Source of the DNA: an uncultured Dehalococcoidia bacterium
Lineage (GTDB): Bacteria > Chloroflexota > Dehalococcoidia > Lucifugimonadales > Australimonadaceae
Length of the DNA: 64,000 nt
Direction of reading: 5' to 3'
Assembly (NCBI GenBank): GCA_958295525.1
Contig: OY282355.1
Location: forward strand, 655,504 to 719,503
Positions within the stretch are counted from its first letter, which is position 1. Each line of letters starts with the position of its first letter. Position numbers and translations under genes: made by a program. Positions 50,469 to 59,968 of the stretch are shown one piece after another. Under the pieces are notes generated by a model, which ran no database searches, was not told the DNA's origin, and worked only from the letters and a program-made list of their open reading frames with translations.

Positions 50469-50985
50469 GTCCCAGTCGTTCCTGCCCCCTTGCCCCGTCA
50501 TTCCCGCGTAGGCGGGAATCCCGCCCCCGGCCGGAGCGCGCAGCGAATCGTCATTCCCGCCTGCGCGGGAACGACCTGGGCGAGGGGCGCGGCGCATCGC
50601 TTGCGGCGACCTCTCTTTTCGCGTAACCTCACGCGCCACGCCGTCCTGGGCGCGTAAGCCCCAGTAGTTCCTGCCCCCTTGCCCCGTCATTCCCGCGTAG
50701 GCGGGAATCTCGCCCCCGGACGGAGCGCGCAGCGAATCGTCATTCTCGCTTTCGCGGGAACGACGGGGGCGGGCGCGGCGCATCGCTTGCGGCGACCTCT
50801 CTTTTCGCGTAACCTCACGCCCAGCGCCGGACGGGGCGCAGCCCCGTCTCCGCGTTATCCCCGGGTCCACGTCATTCCCGCGAAAGCGGGAACCTACTGG
50901 GCTGCGCGTTCCGCCGCAAGGATGCGGGATTCCCGCCTGCGCGGGAATGACGGAGGCGCTCGCGGGAGCGCCGCCGTAGGCGCAG
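50469..50985. repeat. REP-like cluster including a ~188-bp tandem duplication
   Basis: Units 50469-50657 and 50658-50835 each contain REP-A, 'ccgg.cggagcgcgcagcgaatc', a second REP and 'ggcgcatcgcttgcggcgacctctcttttcgcgtaacctcacgc'. They are followed by hairpin C, REP-B and another REP. Confidence 0.85.
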
Positions 50986-51012
50986 ATGGGAACGACGGAG
51001 ATTCGAGGAACG

Positions 51013-53472
51013 ATGCTGGACGCGGATACGAAACGGCGCATAGACAACGCCCGCGACATCCTGGTGGGGAAGGTTCCCGATCCGAAAAGCCAGGTGGAGC
51101 AGATCACCATCGCCCTGATCTATAAGTTCATGGACGATATGGACGCGGAGAATGAGGAGTGGGGCGGGGAGCGCGAGTTCTTCGCGGACGGGTTCGAGCA
51201 GCATCGCTGGGCGAATCTCGTCCGCTCAGGGCTCGGCGGGCACGAGATGCTGAACCGCTACGCCGACGCGCTGGCCAGAATGCCGCAGAATCCGGCCATT
51301 CCGCCCCTCTTCCGCAGCATCTTCAGCAACGCCTACCTTCCGTACCGCGACCCCGAAACGCTGCGCCTCTTCCTCAAGGAGATCGACGGCTTCCGCTACG
51401 AGCAGTCCGACGGCTTCGGCGACGCTTACGAATACCTGCTGCGCGTGCTCGGCGCGCAGGGCGACGCAGGCCAATTCCTCACGCCCCGCCACATCATCGA
51501 GTTCATCGTGCGCGCTGTCGTCCCCCGGAAGGACGAGCGCGTCCTCGACCCCGCCTGCGGCACCGCAGGCTTCCTCATCGCCGCCTACAAGCACATCCTC
51601 GCCGCCAACGCCGGCGGCGACGGCCAGAGTTCCCTTACGCCGGACGAGAGCAAGCGGCTCGCCAACAACTTCACCGGCTACGACATCTCCCCCGATATGG
51701 CGCGCCTCTCCCGCGTCAATATGTATTTGCACGGCTTCGCCGCCCCCAACATTCAGGAGTACGACACGCTCACGAGCGAGGAGTTTTGGACGCAGTACGC
51801 CGACGTCATTCTCGCCAACCCGCCGTTTATGTCGCCCAAAGGCGGCATCCGGCCCCACGACCGCTTCGGCGTCCAGTCCAAGCGCAGCGAGGTGCTGTTC
51901 GTGGACTACATCGCCGAGCACTTAACGGCGTCCGGGCGCGCCGGCGTCATCGTGCCGGAAGGGATCATCTTTCAGGGCCAGACCGCCCATACGCAACTCC
52001 GCAAAATGCTCGTCGAGAAGCGCCTCGCCGCCGTCGTCTCCCTTCCCGCGGGCGTCTTTCAGCCGTACTCCGGCGTCAAAACGTCCATCCTCATCCTCGA
52101 CAACGCCCTCGCCCGCCGAACCGACAGCATCGCCTTCTTCAAAGTCGAAAGCGACGGCTTCGACTTAGGCGCGCAACGCCGCCCCATCGAGCGGAACGAC
52201 CTCCCCGCCGTTCAGGCGGAACTCGCCGAATACCTGCGGCTGGCGCGGGCAGGGGAGCCGTTGGACGGCTTCGCCCCGGCGCGCGGCCTCATCGTCGAGA
52301 AGACGCGCATCGCCGCAGGCGGCGACTACAACCTCAGCATGGAGCGCTACCGGGAGGATAAGGCAAGCGGCACGGAATGGCCGATCACGCCATTAGGTGA
52401 ACTGGTTGAATTGGTGCGTGGAGTCACGTACACCAAGAATGATGAAGTGACTGAGAACGGACACTCAGTGCTGAGGGCTAACAACATAGATGCATACACA
52501 GGATCATTGGATTTATCTGACATTAAGCAGGTGTCCGCGACTTTGGAGTTTGAGGGATCGAAGAAACTTCGCGCTGACGACATATTCATTTGCTTGGCGA
52601 GCGGAAGCAAAACCCACATTGGTAAAGTCGCTTTCATTCAGGAGGGTACGAACTATTATTTCGGGGGGTTCATGGGAGCAGTCAGAGGCGACCAATCCAA
52701 ATGCAACCCGAAATACCTGTTCCAGATGCTGCGTGAATCGAGGTTCAACGACTTTCTGCGTAGGCAGATTATTGGCGCAAACATCAATAACTTGAGCGGC
52801 AAAATACTGTACAGATACGCGATTCCGTTGCCCTCGATGGAGACGCAAGCGGCGATTGTGGAGGAGATCGAGGGCTATCAGCGTGTGCTCGACGGGGCGC
52901 GGGCGGTGGTCGAGGGGTGGCGTCCGCGGATAGTGGTCGATCCGGAATGGCCTGTGGTTCGGGTAGACGAAGTGGCTGCAGTCCGAATGGGAGAAACCTT
53001 AATCAAAGGCGACATGACAGGGTTCGGCAAGCCGGTGTTCAGCGCGGATTCGTCGGATGAGCCGTGGGCATACACTGAGTCCACTCGGTTATCGTTCGGT
53101 AAGAACACAGTTGTCATTGGCGCAAGAGGGACAATCGGGTCAGTAAAACTCCCCAATATCGATGAGTTCACTTGCACTCAAACTACGATTGCGGCTACTG
53201 CGGATGCCGAAAAGATAAACCCTGCGTTTCTCTATCCGTTGCTTATGCAATTTGATTTCAAGACTATTACCGAAGGTGTCGGCATACCAATGATTACCGT
53301 GGCGAATGTCAATAAGATAAGCGTTCCGTTGCCGCCGATGGACGCGCAACGGGCGATCGTGAAAGAGTTGGAGGCGGAGCGTTCGTTGGTGGATGCGAAC
53401 CGCGAGTTGATGGAGCGCATGGCGTCGCGGATTGCGGGGGCGGTGGGGCGCGTGTGGGGCGGGGCGGGGTAG
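51013..53472 (+). CDS. hsdM-hsdS: Type I R-M methyltransferase fused to specificity subunit (HsdM-HsdS)
   Basis: Start at ATG 51013 (MLDADTKRRIDNARDIL). HsdM motifs 'LDPACGTAGFL' and 'ANPPF'. From about residue 455 there are two TRDs separated by the conserved helices 'METQAAIVEEIEGYQRVLDGARAVVEGW' and 'MDAQRAIVKELEAERSLVDANRELMERM'. No stop between the M and S parts. Confidence 0.8.
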   Translation: MLDADTKRRIDNARDILVGKVPDPKSQVEQITIALIYKFMDDMDAENEEWGGEREFFADGFEQHRWANLVRSGLGGHEMLNRYADALARMPQNPAIPPLFRSIFSNAYLPYRDPETLRLFLKEIDGFRYEQSDGFGDAYEYLLRVLGAQGDAGQFLTPRHIIEFIVRAVVPRKDERVLDPACGTAGFLIAAYKHILAANAGGDGQSSLTPDESKRLANNFTGYDISPDMARLSRVNMYLHGFAAPNIQEYDTLTSEEFWTQYADVILANPPFMSPKGGIRPHDRFGVQSKRSEVLFVDYIAEHLTASGRAGVIVPEGIIFQGQTAHTQLRKMLVEKRLAAVVSLPAGVFQPYSGVKTSILILDNALARRTDSIAFFKVESDGFDLGAQRRPIERNDLPAVQAELAEYLRLARAGEPLDGFAPARGLIVEKTRIAAGGDYNLSMERYREDKASGTEWPITPLGELVELVRGVTYTKNDEVTENGHSVLRANNIDAYTGSLDLSDIKQVSATLEFEGSKKLRADDIFICLASGSKTHIGKVAFIQEGTNYYFGGFMGAVRGDQSKCNPKYLFQMLRESRFNDFLRRQIIGANINNLSGKILYRYAIPLPSMETQAAIVEEIEGYQRVLDGARAVVEGWRPRIVVDPEWPVVRVDEVAAVRMGETLIKGDMTGFGKPVFSADSSDEPWAYTESTRLSFGKNTVVIGARGTIGSVKLPNIDEFTCTQTTIAATADAEKINPAFLYPLLMQFDFKTITEGVGIPMITVANVNKISVPLPPMDAQRAIVKELEAERSLVDANRELMERMASRIAGAVGRVWGGAG

Positions 53473-53500
53473 GGGTAGGGGGGCGAGAGGGGGATAGAGT

Positions 53501-54190
53501 TTAACGTGGGATCATTCTTGGCACTACTAATTTGCTCTTAGCGCGCACGATATTAGGCATATGGGACGAGCGATCTTCAAATAACGGGGCCAAAATATCA
53601 GCGATGCTGGTTTCGGCGTAATCTCTGTCTGATTTGACAACTGTAGTGTCGGAAACAGTTGCTTGGACGTCAGCCAACACTCCATTCCTTCCGTCATCGT
53701 CCGATATGAGGCAATCTATCGAGTCAAGGTCAAAACCACGCTCCGTCCACCAATACACTGATTCATTGAGGTTGAACTTGTCTATGTGCGCCAACGCCTC
53801 GAGGAAAGTGCGTGGCCGCATAATTCCGTTGGCGTCCTTTGATTGCGAAGATCCGCGTTGCCGCCAGTCGTTCTCCATGCGCTCTTGCGCTTCAGGAGAA
53901 AGCATTTGGTGAAGAGCGGCAAGAGTATGCACTTTGCGAAAGGCGAAGCCTTCCATCCCGATGAACGCTTTCAGCATCACTTCTGTGGAACGGGACATCA
54001 AGAATACTGCTATCGTCGTTAGCGTGCAGTCGGTATTCGACCCACGCTGCGGCGATTCGGCTGCCGCGCTGTTGATTCGTATCGCCATCCTCATCATATC
54101 GACGATGCCCGCCGCCAACATCGTGCATTGCCCTGCGATCGCCGCTGCTTGGGCTTGGGCGACAGTGACTTGCGCTTGCTTCTTCGCCAT
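53501..54190 (-). CDS. HEPN-like hypothetical protein (229 aa), low GC
   Basis: 'RSTEVMLKAFIGMEGFAFRKVHTLAALHQML' resembles the HEPN core helix pair (xELxLKAxL...HdLxxL). Convergent with hsdM-hsdS. Confidence 0.45.
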   Translation of the reverse strand: MAKKQAQVTVAQAQAAAIAGQCTMLAAGIVDMMRMAIRINSAAAESPQRGSNTDCTLTTIAVFLMSRSTEVMLKAFIGMEGFAFRKVHTLAALHQMLSPEAQERMENDWRQRGSSQSKDANGIMRPRTFLEALAHIDKFNLNESVYWWTERGFDLDSIDCLISDDDGRNGVLADVQATVSDTTVVKSDRDYAETSIADILAPLFEDRSSHMPNIVRAKSKLVVPRMIPR

Positions 54191-54297
54191 GCTGGCCTCC
54201 TCATACGAAGATTAGGGTACGTCTATCACGCTAGGCTTGTCAAGAGTTGTTGGCGCTGGCTGCCAAGTGGGGCGCGCGTGGGGCGGGGCGGGGTAGA

Positions 54298-54431
54298 GGG
54301 CGAGGTTCCCGCCTACGCGGGAACGACGGAGGGGGAACGCGGGAACTTCGGAAGACAGAGCGGCGCGCAAGCGCCGCTCCACTCCTGCCCAAGCGCCACG
54401 TCATTCCCGCGAAAGCGGGAACCTACTGGGG
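54298..54431. repeat. REP-like cluster (REP, hairpin F, REP-B)
   Basis: ggcgaggttcccgcctacgcgggaacgacgg ... gagcggcgcgcaagcgccgctccactcc ... ccacgtcattcccgcgaaagcgggaacctactgggg. Confidence 0.85.
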
Positions 54432-54455
54432 CTTGGGAGAGGCGGTAGCGCGGGC

Positions 54456-54809
54456 TCACACTGATGCTTCGAGGGGCGCGCGCAAGCGGGCGATGGCCTG
54501 CTCGAGGACGTCGCGCAACTCCTCGGCGATTTCGGGGTGGGGGTCTTGGGCGAGGGCTTTCGCGGCGATCTTCTCCGCGTCGCGTGGGCGGCCGCAGTCG
54601 AGGGCGAGGGTTGCGGCGCTGCGGTGGAGGACGGAGCGCCACGGTTCGACGCGCTCGCGCTCTTCGAGCGCTCCTATGCCTGCGACCTCGTTGGCGTAGG
54701 CTTCCTCGAAGAGGCGGCGCGCTTCCTCCTCGTCGCCGCGCATCCGCGCCACGAATGCGAATTGCGCTTGCTCCATTGCCGTCTTGTGGAGGTCGCTTGC
54801 GATGGTCAT
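54456..54809 (-). CDS. Helical (TPR-like) 117-aa protein, second gene of an overlapping pair
   Basis: ATGA overlap with the upstream gene at 54806-54809. All-helical, acidic composition; no family recognised. Confidence 0.5.
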   Translation of the reverse strand: MTIASDLHKTAMEQAQFAFVARMRGDEEEARRLFEEAYANEVAGIGALEERERVEPWRSVLHRSAATLALDCGRPRDAEKIAAKALAQDPHPEIAEELRDVLEQAIARLRAPLEASV

Positions 54810-55339
54810 GGGATCCTTTCTTCGAAGCGCGCAGCGGGCAGGCTGAACTCCACCACTGCGACATAAGCGGGAATCCCCAGGTAGTCGCTTCGCATGGTCT
54901 GACGCACTTTCCTGGGGAAGCGGTCATCCATTGCCGGTTCACCGCCTTGCAGCGCCCCGGACACTTCGAGGCGCGCGCGCTTCTCCAGATCTTCGTCGGT
55001 TTTGTTCCCAAGCCAGTAATCGAACCCTGACCGCGTGTCCTTACGGGACTGCTCTATCACAGTGTAGTCCGTTTCGTGATGCGTCAGCAACGCGGCGACG
55101 CCTGCGGCGCCCCACTCAGCCGCCACGGGGAGGTCGCCCCACCCTCGTCGAGTGTCGGCTGTGCAAGGCGTCCATCGGAGTTCGTGGCTCGTGGCCACGT
55201 AACCGCTGACGCGCAGGTCGATGCCCTGGCGATGGTTGTTGTGCTCTAGGCACACTCCTGCCGCCTCCGCCATAAAATTGCCGATGGCCGGGGTAATGCC
55301 GGGCGCGAAGTTGTTGCCGAGGTCGTTCAAGTCAAGCAA
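54806..55339 (-). CDS. Unassigned 177-aa protein, possibly with a restriction-endonuclease-like fold
   Basis: 'AAEWGAAGVAALL...SGFDYWLG...ARLEVSG' loosely fits an E...D...ExK-type layout with Ser in place of Lys. Speculative. Confidence 0.45.
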   Translation of the reverse strand: MLDLNDLGNNFAPGITPAIGNFMAEAAGVCLEHNNHRQGIDLRVSGYVATSHELRWTPCTADTRRGWGDLPVAAEWGAAGVAALLTHHETDYTVIEQSRKDTRSGFDYWLGNKTDEDLEKRARLEVSGALQGGEPAMDDRFPRKVRQTMRSDYLGIPAYVAVVEFSLPAARFEERIP

Positions 55340-55455
55340 TTCCGGTCATCTCCCTCAGGTCGGCGAGTGCGCCAACCGAGCGCGAACGATACCGCAAGGG
55401 GAGGAGGAAGTAAAGCCGCGCCCCGTCAGGGGACGGGAACGGCGATGAGGGCCGC

Positions 55456-56565
55456 CTAGTCACGGATGTCCTGCAGGAACCACTCGGTGGGGAGTTCGCG
55501 GGCGCGGCCTTCGGCTTTGGCCTTTTCGTAGACGGCGGAGCCCACGGCGGCGAACTGCAAGCCCTGGTTGCCGGTGTTGAGGTAGAGCGTGATCTGATCG
55601 CGGGCGGTTCGGGCGACGGCGCCGCTTGCGAGGTCGTTGAACGTCGGGACGTCGGCGCCGCCTTCCGATGCGGGGCGCGCCTCGCGGAGGCGGGCGGGAA
55701 GGCGCATCTTTTGCTCGTCCGTGCCGCCGATGTAGTCGCCGCGATTGAAGCCCTCGCCCATGCTGCGGGCGTCGCCGTCGGGACGGGAATGGGAGACGCC
55801 TTGCCGGACGATGACGCCTGCGCGCTCGAAGACGGCGGCGTCGAGTTCGCCTCGCACGTCGGTGACGTGCTGGCCGGGAGAGAGCCACTCGCCCTTGAGG
55901 GCGGGCTCCATCGCGTTGGTGCAGGCGGCGACGATGTCGACGTCCTCGACGGCGGCCTCCGGCGTTTCCACGGCGCGGACGTCGACCTCGAGTTTGGCGG
56001 ACATCTCCTCGGCGTAACGCTCGCGGTTGGCCTTCGTGGGGCTGAACACCTTGACGCTGCGAATGTCGCGCACTGCGGCGAACGCCTCGAGGTAGGTTCG
56101 CGCCATTCCTCCGGAGCCGAGCATTCCGACGGTTTGGGAGTCGGGGCGCGAGAGGTATTTCGCGCCGAGTCCCGCGCCGCCGCCGACGCGCATATGCTGA
56201 AGGATGCCGTCGTTGATGATGGCGAGCGGCTCGCCGTCGCGGGTGCTGAAGAGGAAGATCAGGCCGCAGTAGGTGCCGGGCTCGATGCAGTACTTGTCCT
56301 CCTTCCAGAAGCCATGCTCGTCGCGGGGCCAGTGCAGGACGTCGGACTTCATGCGGATGGCGAAGACGCCGAGCGCGTCGCTCGCGCCTTCCATCGTTCC
56401 CCAGCGGTAGTAGCCGTCGGGGCGCTCGGCGGGCATATAGAGGTCAATGCGCGGGCGATGGACGGACTCGCCGGTGGGGAGTCCGCGGAAGGCGCGGTCT
56501 TGCGCCTCGATGCACTCGCTCATCGGCAGCAGCCGCTCGACGGTCGCGTTGTCTATGAACAGCAT
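55456..56565 (-). CDS. Ornithine cyclodeaminase / mu-crystallin family protein
   Basis: 369 aa. Rossmann motif 'VGMLGSGGMARTYLEAF', 'IVAACTNA'. Confidence 0.8.
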   Translation of the reverse strand: MLFIDNATVERLLPMSECIEAQDRAFRGLPTGESVHRPRIDLYMPAERPDGYYRWGTMEGASDALGVFAIRMKSDVLHWPRDEHGFWKEDKYCIEPGTYCGLIFLFSTRDGEPLAIINDGILQHMRVGGGAGLGAKYLSRPDSQTVGMLGSGGMARTYLEAFAAVRDIRSVKVFSPTKANRERYAEEMSAKLEVDVRAVETPEAAVEDVDIVAACTNAMEPALKGEWLSPGQHVTDVRGELDAAVFERAGVIVRQGVSHSRPDGDARSMGEGFNRGDYIGGTDEQKMRLPARLREARPASEGGADVPTFNDLASGAVARTARDQITLYLNTGNQGLQFAAVGSAVYEKAKAEGRARELPTEWFLQDIRD

Positions 56566-56666
56566 TCTTCGCTCCTATGCCTCGCCTTCCTGCGGAAAGG
56601 ATCTGAGGCTCGCCTCGCAGGGGTCATCGTAGCAGAGCGGGGTTATGGGCGGCAAATGGGCCGACC

Positions 56667-58370
56667 TCACAGCGCCAAGCGCGGTTGGTCGGACGGGGCG
56701 TAGTCCTGAATGCCGAGGCGCAGGCGCGGCTGCCCGCCCCAATGGTCAACCTCCAACTCGTACACCGCGTCCACGTACTGAGCGTTCTCCCATTCCTGGC
56801 GGAAGGCGACCGCCTCCCACAACGCTCCGCCCGAGCGGACGCTCATCCGGAAGTGCTTGCCCTCCGATCCCAGCGCCGCCGCCTTGACCACCTCCAAGCC
56901 GCGCGCGAGAAAGAGCGGCGCGGGGTTGCCGACGCCGAACGGCTCCATTTGGCGCAGCGTGGGGAAGACGGCCATCAACTCGCCCGGCTGCGCCTCCGCG
57001 TCCGCGACGCTATCGAGCGCGGGCGACGCGCCGCCCACGCGCTCCGCCGCGATGCTCTCCAAACGCTCGCGCAACGCGGGCAGCGCGTCCAGGCCGCACC
57101 GGAATCCCGCCGCCTGAGCGTGCCCGCCGTGCCGCAGCAGCAGGTCGCCGCACTGATCGAGCGCGTCCGCCCAGTGAAACGAGGGCGCGCTGCGGCAACT
57201 CGCCATCACGAAGCCGCCGTCCACGCCGTAGACGGCGGCTGGCGCGCCGAACTCCTCCGCGAGTTTGCCCGCGACAAGACCGACGACGCCCGGATGAAAA
57301 TCGGGCTCGCCCGCGAGAATCAGCGGCGGAACGCTCGCGGGGACGAGCGCGCGGGCGCGCTCCAGCGTCTCGTCAGTGAGCGTCCGGCGCTCCGCGTTGC
57401 AAACGTCGAGTTCGCGGGCGAGTTCGACGGCGCGGCCGTCGTCGTCCGTCAGCAGCAAGTCGAGCGCGGCGTCCGCGTGGCCGAGCCGTCCGGCGGCGTT
57501 GAGGCGCGGGCCGACGCCGAAGCCGACCATCCTCGCGTTCGCGTGCTCCTGCCTGCTGCGCCCCAGCCCAATGATGGCGCGCAGCCCCGCCGACCGCGCG
57601 CGCCGCAGTTCGCGCAGGCCGTGATGAACGATGTAGCGGTTCTCGCCGATCAGCGGCGCCATATCCGTGATCGTTCCGATGGCGGCCAACTCCATCAGTC
57701 CGTCGCTCCAATCCGCCCCGAACTCCGGCTGCAGAAGCGCCTGCGCGAGTTTCAGCGTCATCCCCGCGCCGGTGAGATGCTCGAAGCCGTACCGCGAATG
57801 CGGAGCGCGAGGGTTGATGACCGCGACCGCCTCGGGGAGGTCGGCGCCCACGAGATGGTGGTCGGTGATAATGACGTCGGCGCCGAGCGATTTGGCGTAA
57901 GCCGCCTCGTCGACGTTCGTGACGCCGCAGTCGACCGTGATGATGAGGGTCGCGCCGCGCTCCCGCAGTTTGCCGACGGCCTCGCGGTTGAGGCCGTGCC
58001 CCTCGCTCACGCGGTGGGGGAGGTAGCGCAGCGCGCGCAGGCCGTAGCGCTCCAGCGCCTTGATGAGCAGCGCCGCGCCCGTCACGCCGTCCGCGTCGAA
58101 ATCGCCGAACACTGCGGCGGTCTCGTTCCGCCTGCGGGCGAGCGCGAGCCGCTCGACGGCGCGGTCGATGTCGGGCAGGCCGCCCGGGTCCTCGAAAAGC
58201 GCGTCCGACGCCTGCAGGAAGTCGCGCGCCTCGCTTGCTGAGCGGACGCCGCGCCGCCAAAGGAGATGGCCGACAATGGGCGGCAGCGCGCCAAGCGGAG
58301 AGGGGTCGGCCAACGGCGCGACCCGCCACCGGCGCCGCTTGCCCGCGAGGGTAGGGGGGGCGCTAAGCAA
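56667..58370 (-). CDS. recJ: Single-stranded-DNA-specific exonuclease RecJ
   Basis: 567 aa. 'VFGDFDADGVTGAALL', 'LIITVDCGV', 'VIITDHH', 'GGHAQAAGF'. Start codon not certain. Confidence 0.85.
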   Translation of the reverse strand: MLSAPPTLAGKRRRWRVAPLADPSPLGALPPIVGHLLWRRGVRSASEARDFLQASDALFEDPGGLPDIDRAVERLALARRRNETAAVFGDFDADGVTGAALLIKALERYGLRALRYLPHRVSEGHGLNREAVGKLRERGATLIITVDCGVTNVDEAAYAKSLGADVIITDHHLVGADLPEAVAVINPRAPHSRYGFEHLTGAGMTLKLAQALLQPEFGADWSDGLMELAAIGTITDMAPLIGENRYIVHHGLRELRRARSAGLRAIIGLGRSRQEHANARMVGFGVGPRLNAAGRLGHADAALDLLLTDDDGRAVELARELDVCNAERRTLTDETLERARALVPASVPPLILAGEPDFHPGVVGLVAGKLAEEFGAPAAVYGVDGGFVMASCRSAPSFHWADALDQCGDLLLRHGGHAQAAGFRCGLDALPALRERLESIAAERVGGASPALDSVADAEAQPGELMAVFPTLRQMEPFGVGNPAPLFLARGLEVVKAAALGSEGKHFRMSVRSGGALWEAVAFRQEWENAQYVDAVYELEVDHWGGQPRLRLGIQDYAPSDQPRLAL

Positions 58371-59607
58371 CGCGCCTGAAGATCAGCGAGGCGTTGTGCC
58401 CGCCGAAGCCGAGGTTGTTGCTCATCGCCGCGTTCACGACGCCCTTCTGCGCGTGGTGCGGCGTGTAGTCCAAATCGCAGTCCGGGTCGGGGTTCTCCAG
58501 GTTGATGGTGGGGGGAATCGCGCGCTCGGAGACCGCGAGGACGGAGACCGCGGCCTCGACGCCGCCCGCCGCGCCCAGCAAGTGGCCGGTCATTGATTTC
58601 GTGGAACTGATTTTGATCTTGCGCGCTTCGCCGCCGAAAACGGCCTTGACCGCCTCCGTCTCCAGCCGGTCGTTCATCGGGGTGCTCGTGCCGTGCGCGT
58701 TGATGTAACTGACGCCGCCCGGCTCCATTCCCGCGTCTTGGAGCGCGAGCGCCATCGCCCTCGCGCCGCCCTCGCCGCCCGGGGACGGCTGCGTCACGTG
58801 GTAGGCGTCGGACGACGCGCCGTAGCCCGCGAGTTCGGCGAGCGGCGCCGCGCCGCGCCGGACGGCGCTCTCTTCGCTCTCGATGACGAGCACGCCTGCG
58901 CCCTCGCCCATCACGAAGCCGTCGCGCTCCGCGTCGAAGGGGCGGCTCGCGCCTTGCGGGTCGTCGTTGCGCTTGGAGAGGGCCATGCAAGCGTTGAATC
59001 CGGCGACGGCGATGGGGCAGACCGGCGCCTCCGTGCCTCCGGCGATGGCGGCGTCCACCTCGCCGCGGCGGATCATCGCCGCCGCGATGCCGATGCTGTC
59101 CGCGCCGCTCGCGCAAGCGGTGACCGCGCAGTAGTTCGGCCCTTTCGCGCCGTAGAGGATGGAGATTTGGCCGGGCGCCATATCCGCGAGCATCATCGGA
59201 ACGAGGAACGGATTGACGCGGTCGGGCCCCTTCTCGCGGAGGACGCTCCACTGCTCGGAAAGCGTGAGAATGCCGCCGATGCCGCTGCCGACGACGCAGC
59301 CGACGCGGTCGGGGTTCACGCTGCCGTCCGTGAGGTCGAGCCCCGCCTGCTCCATCGCCTGCGCCGCCGCGCCGACGGCGAGTTGCGCGAAGCGGTCGAG
59401 GCGCCGCGCCTGCTTGCGGTCCACGTAGGCGGTCGGATCGAAGCCGTGCGCCTCGCCTGCGATGGTCGTGGCGAAGCCTTCCGTGTCGAACGCCTGAATC
59501 GGCGCGATGCCGGACTTGCCTTGCAGCAGGCTCTTCCAAGTGGATTTCGTATCCAGCCCGACGGGGGTGATCAGCCCGACGCCAGTTACGTACACCTTCC
59601 TAGACAA
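58363..59607 (-). CDS. fabF: 3-oxoacyl-ACP synthase II
   Basis: Start set at TTG 59607 (GAAGGAG 6 nt upstream), giving (M)SRKVYVTGVGLITPVG. 'ACASGADSIG', 'INAHGTSTPMND', 'KSMTGHLLGAAGG'. The upstream in-frame extension to 59763 is REP-derived. Confidence 0.9.
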   Translation of the reverse strand: MSRKVYVTGVGLITPVGLDTKSTWKSLLQGKSGIAPIQAFDTEGFATTIAGEAHGFDPTAYVDRKQARRLDRFAQLAVGAAAQAMEQAGLDLTDGSVNPDRVGCVVGSGIGGILTLSEQWSVLREKGPDRVNPFLVPMMLADMAPGQISILYGAKGPNYCAVTACASGADSIGIAAAMIRRGEVDAAIAGGTEAPVCPIAVAGFNACMALSKRNDDPQGASRPFDAERDGFVMGEGAGVLVIESEESAVRRGAAPLAELAGYGASSDAYHVTQPSPGGEGGARAMALALQDAGMEPGGVSYINAHGTSTPMNDRLETEAVKAVFGGEARKIKISSTKSMTGHLLGAAGGVEAAVSVLAVSERAIPPTINLENPDPDCDLDYTPHHAQKGVVNAAMSNNLGFGGHNASLIFRRVA

Positions 59608-59701
59608 CGCGCGCTCCTTCTCTTCCCACGCCGGAGGCTGCAACGCTCCTCCACGCCGGACGCAATCGCATAGTGGGGGATTATATCCCCGCCGACGCCT
59701 A

Positions 59702-59950
59702 CCTTGCCGTGATAGGGGGCAGTAGGTTCCCCGCATGCGCGGGCAGGGGCGCTTCCTCGTCATTCCCGCGAAGGCGGGAATCTCGCCCCCGTCGCGCCCC
59801 GGCGAGGAGCCGCATGCGCGTGGCGGCGCTTCCAGTAGGTTCCCGCTTTCGCGGGAATGACGTGGCCCGCAGGGTGATCTGGAGACGATGCGCGCAGCGC
59901 ATCGTCCGGCGCTTGCGCGCCGCGGGATTCCCGCCCGCGCGGGCAGGGCG
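59702..59950. repeat. REP-like cluster
   Basis: Includes cgtcattcccgcgaaggcgggaatctcgcccc, ccagtaggttcccgctttcgcgggaatgacgtgg, gatgcgcgcagcgcatc and gggattcccgcccgcgcgggca. Confidence 0.85.
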
Positions 59951-59968
59951 TGGTTTTCATCGCGGCGC

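Noticed and set aside
55711-59673. Long + ORFs 55711..56703, 56685..58241 and 58693..59673, and minus ORFs 57373..58329 and 58082..59539
   Set aside because: They overlap the OCD-family, recJ and fabF genes in wrong frames or on the wrong strand. Arg-rich junk translations.
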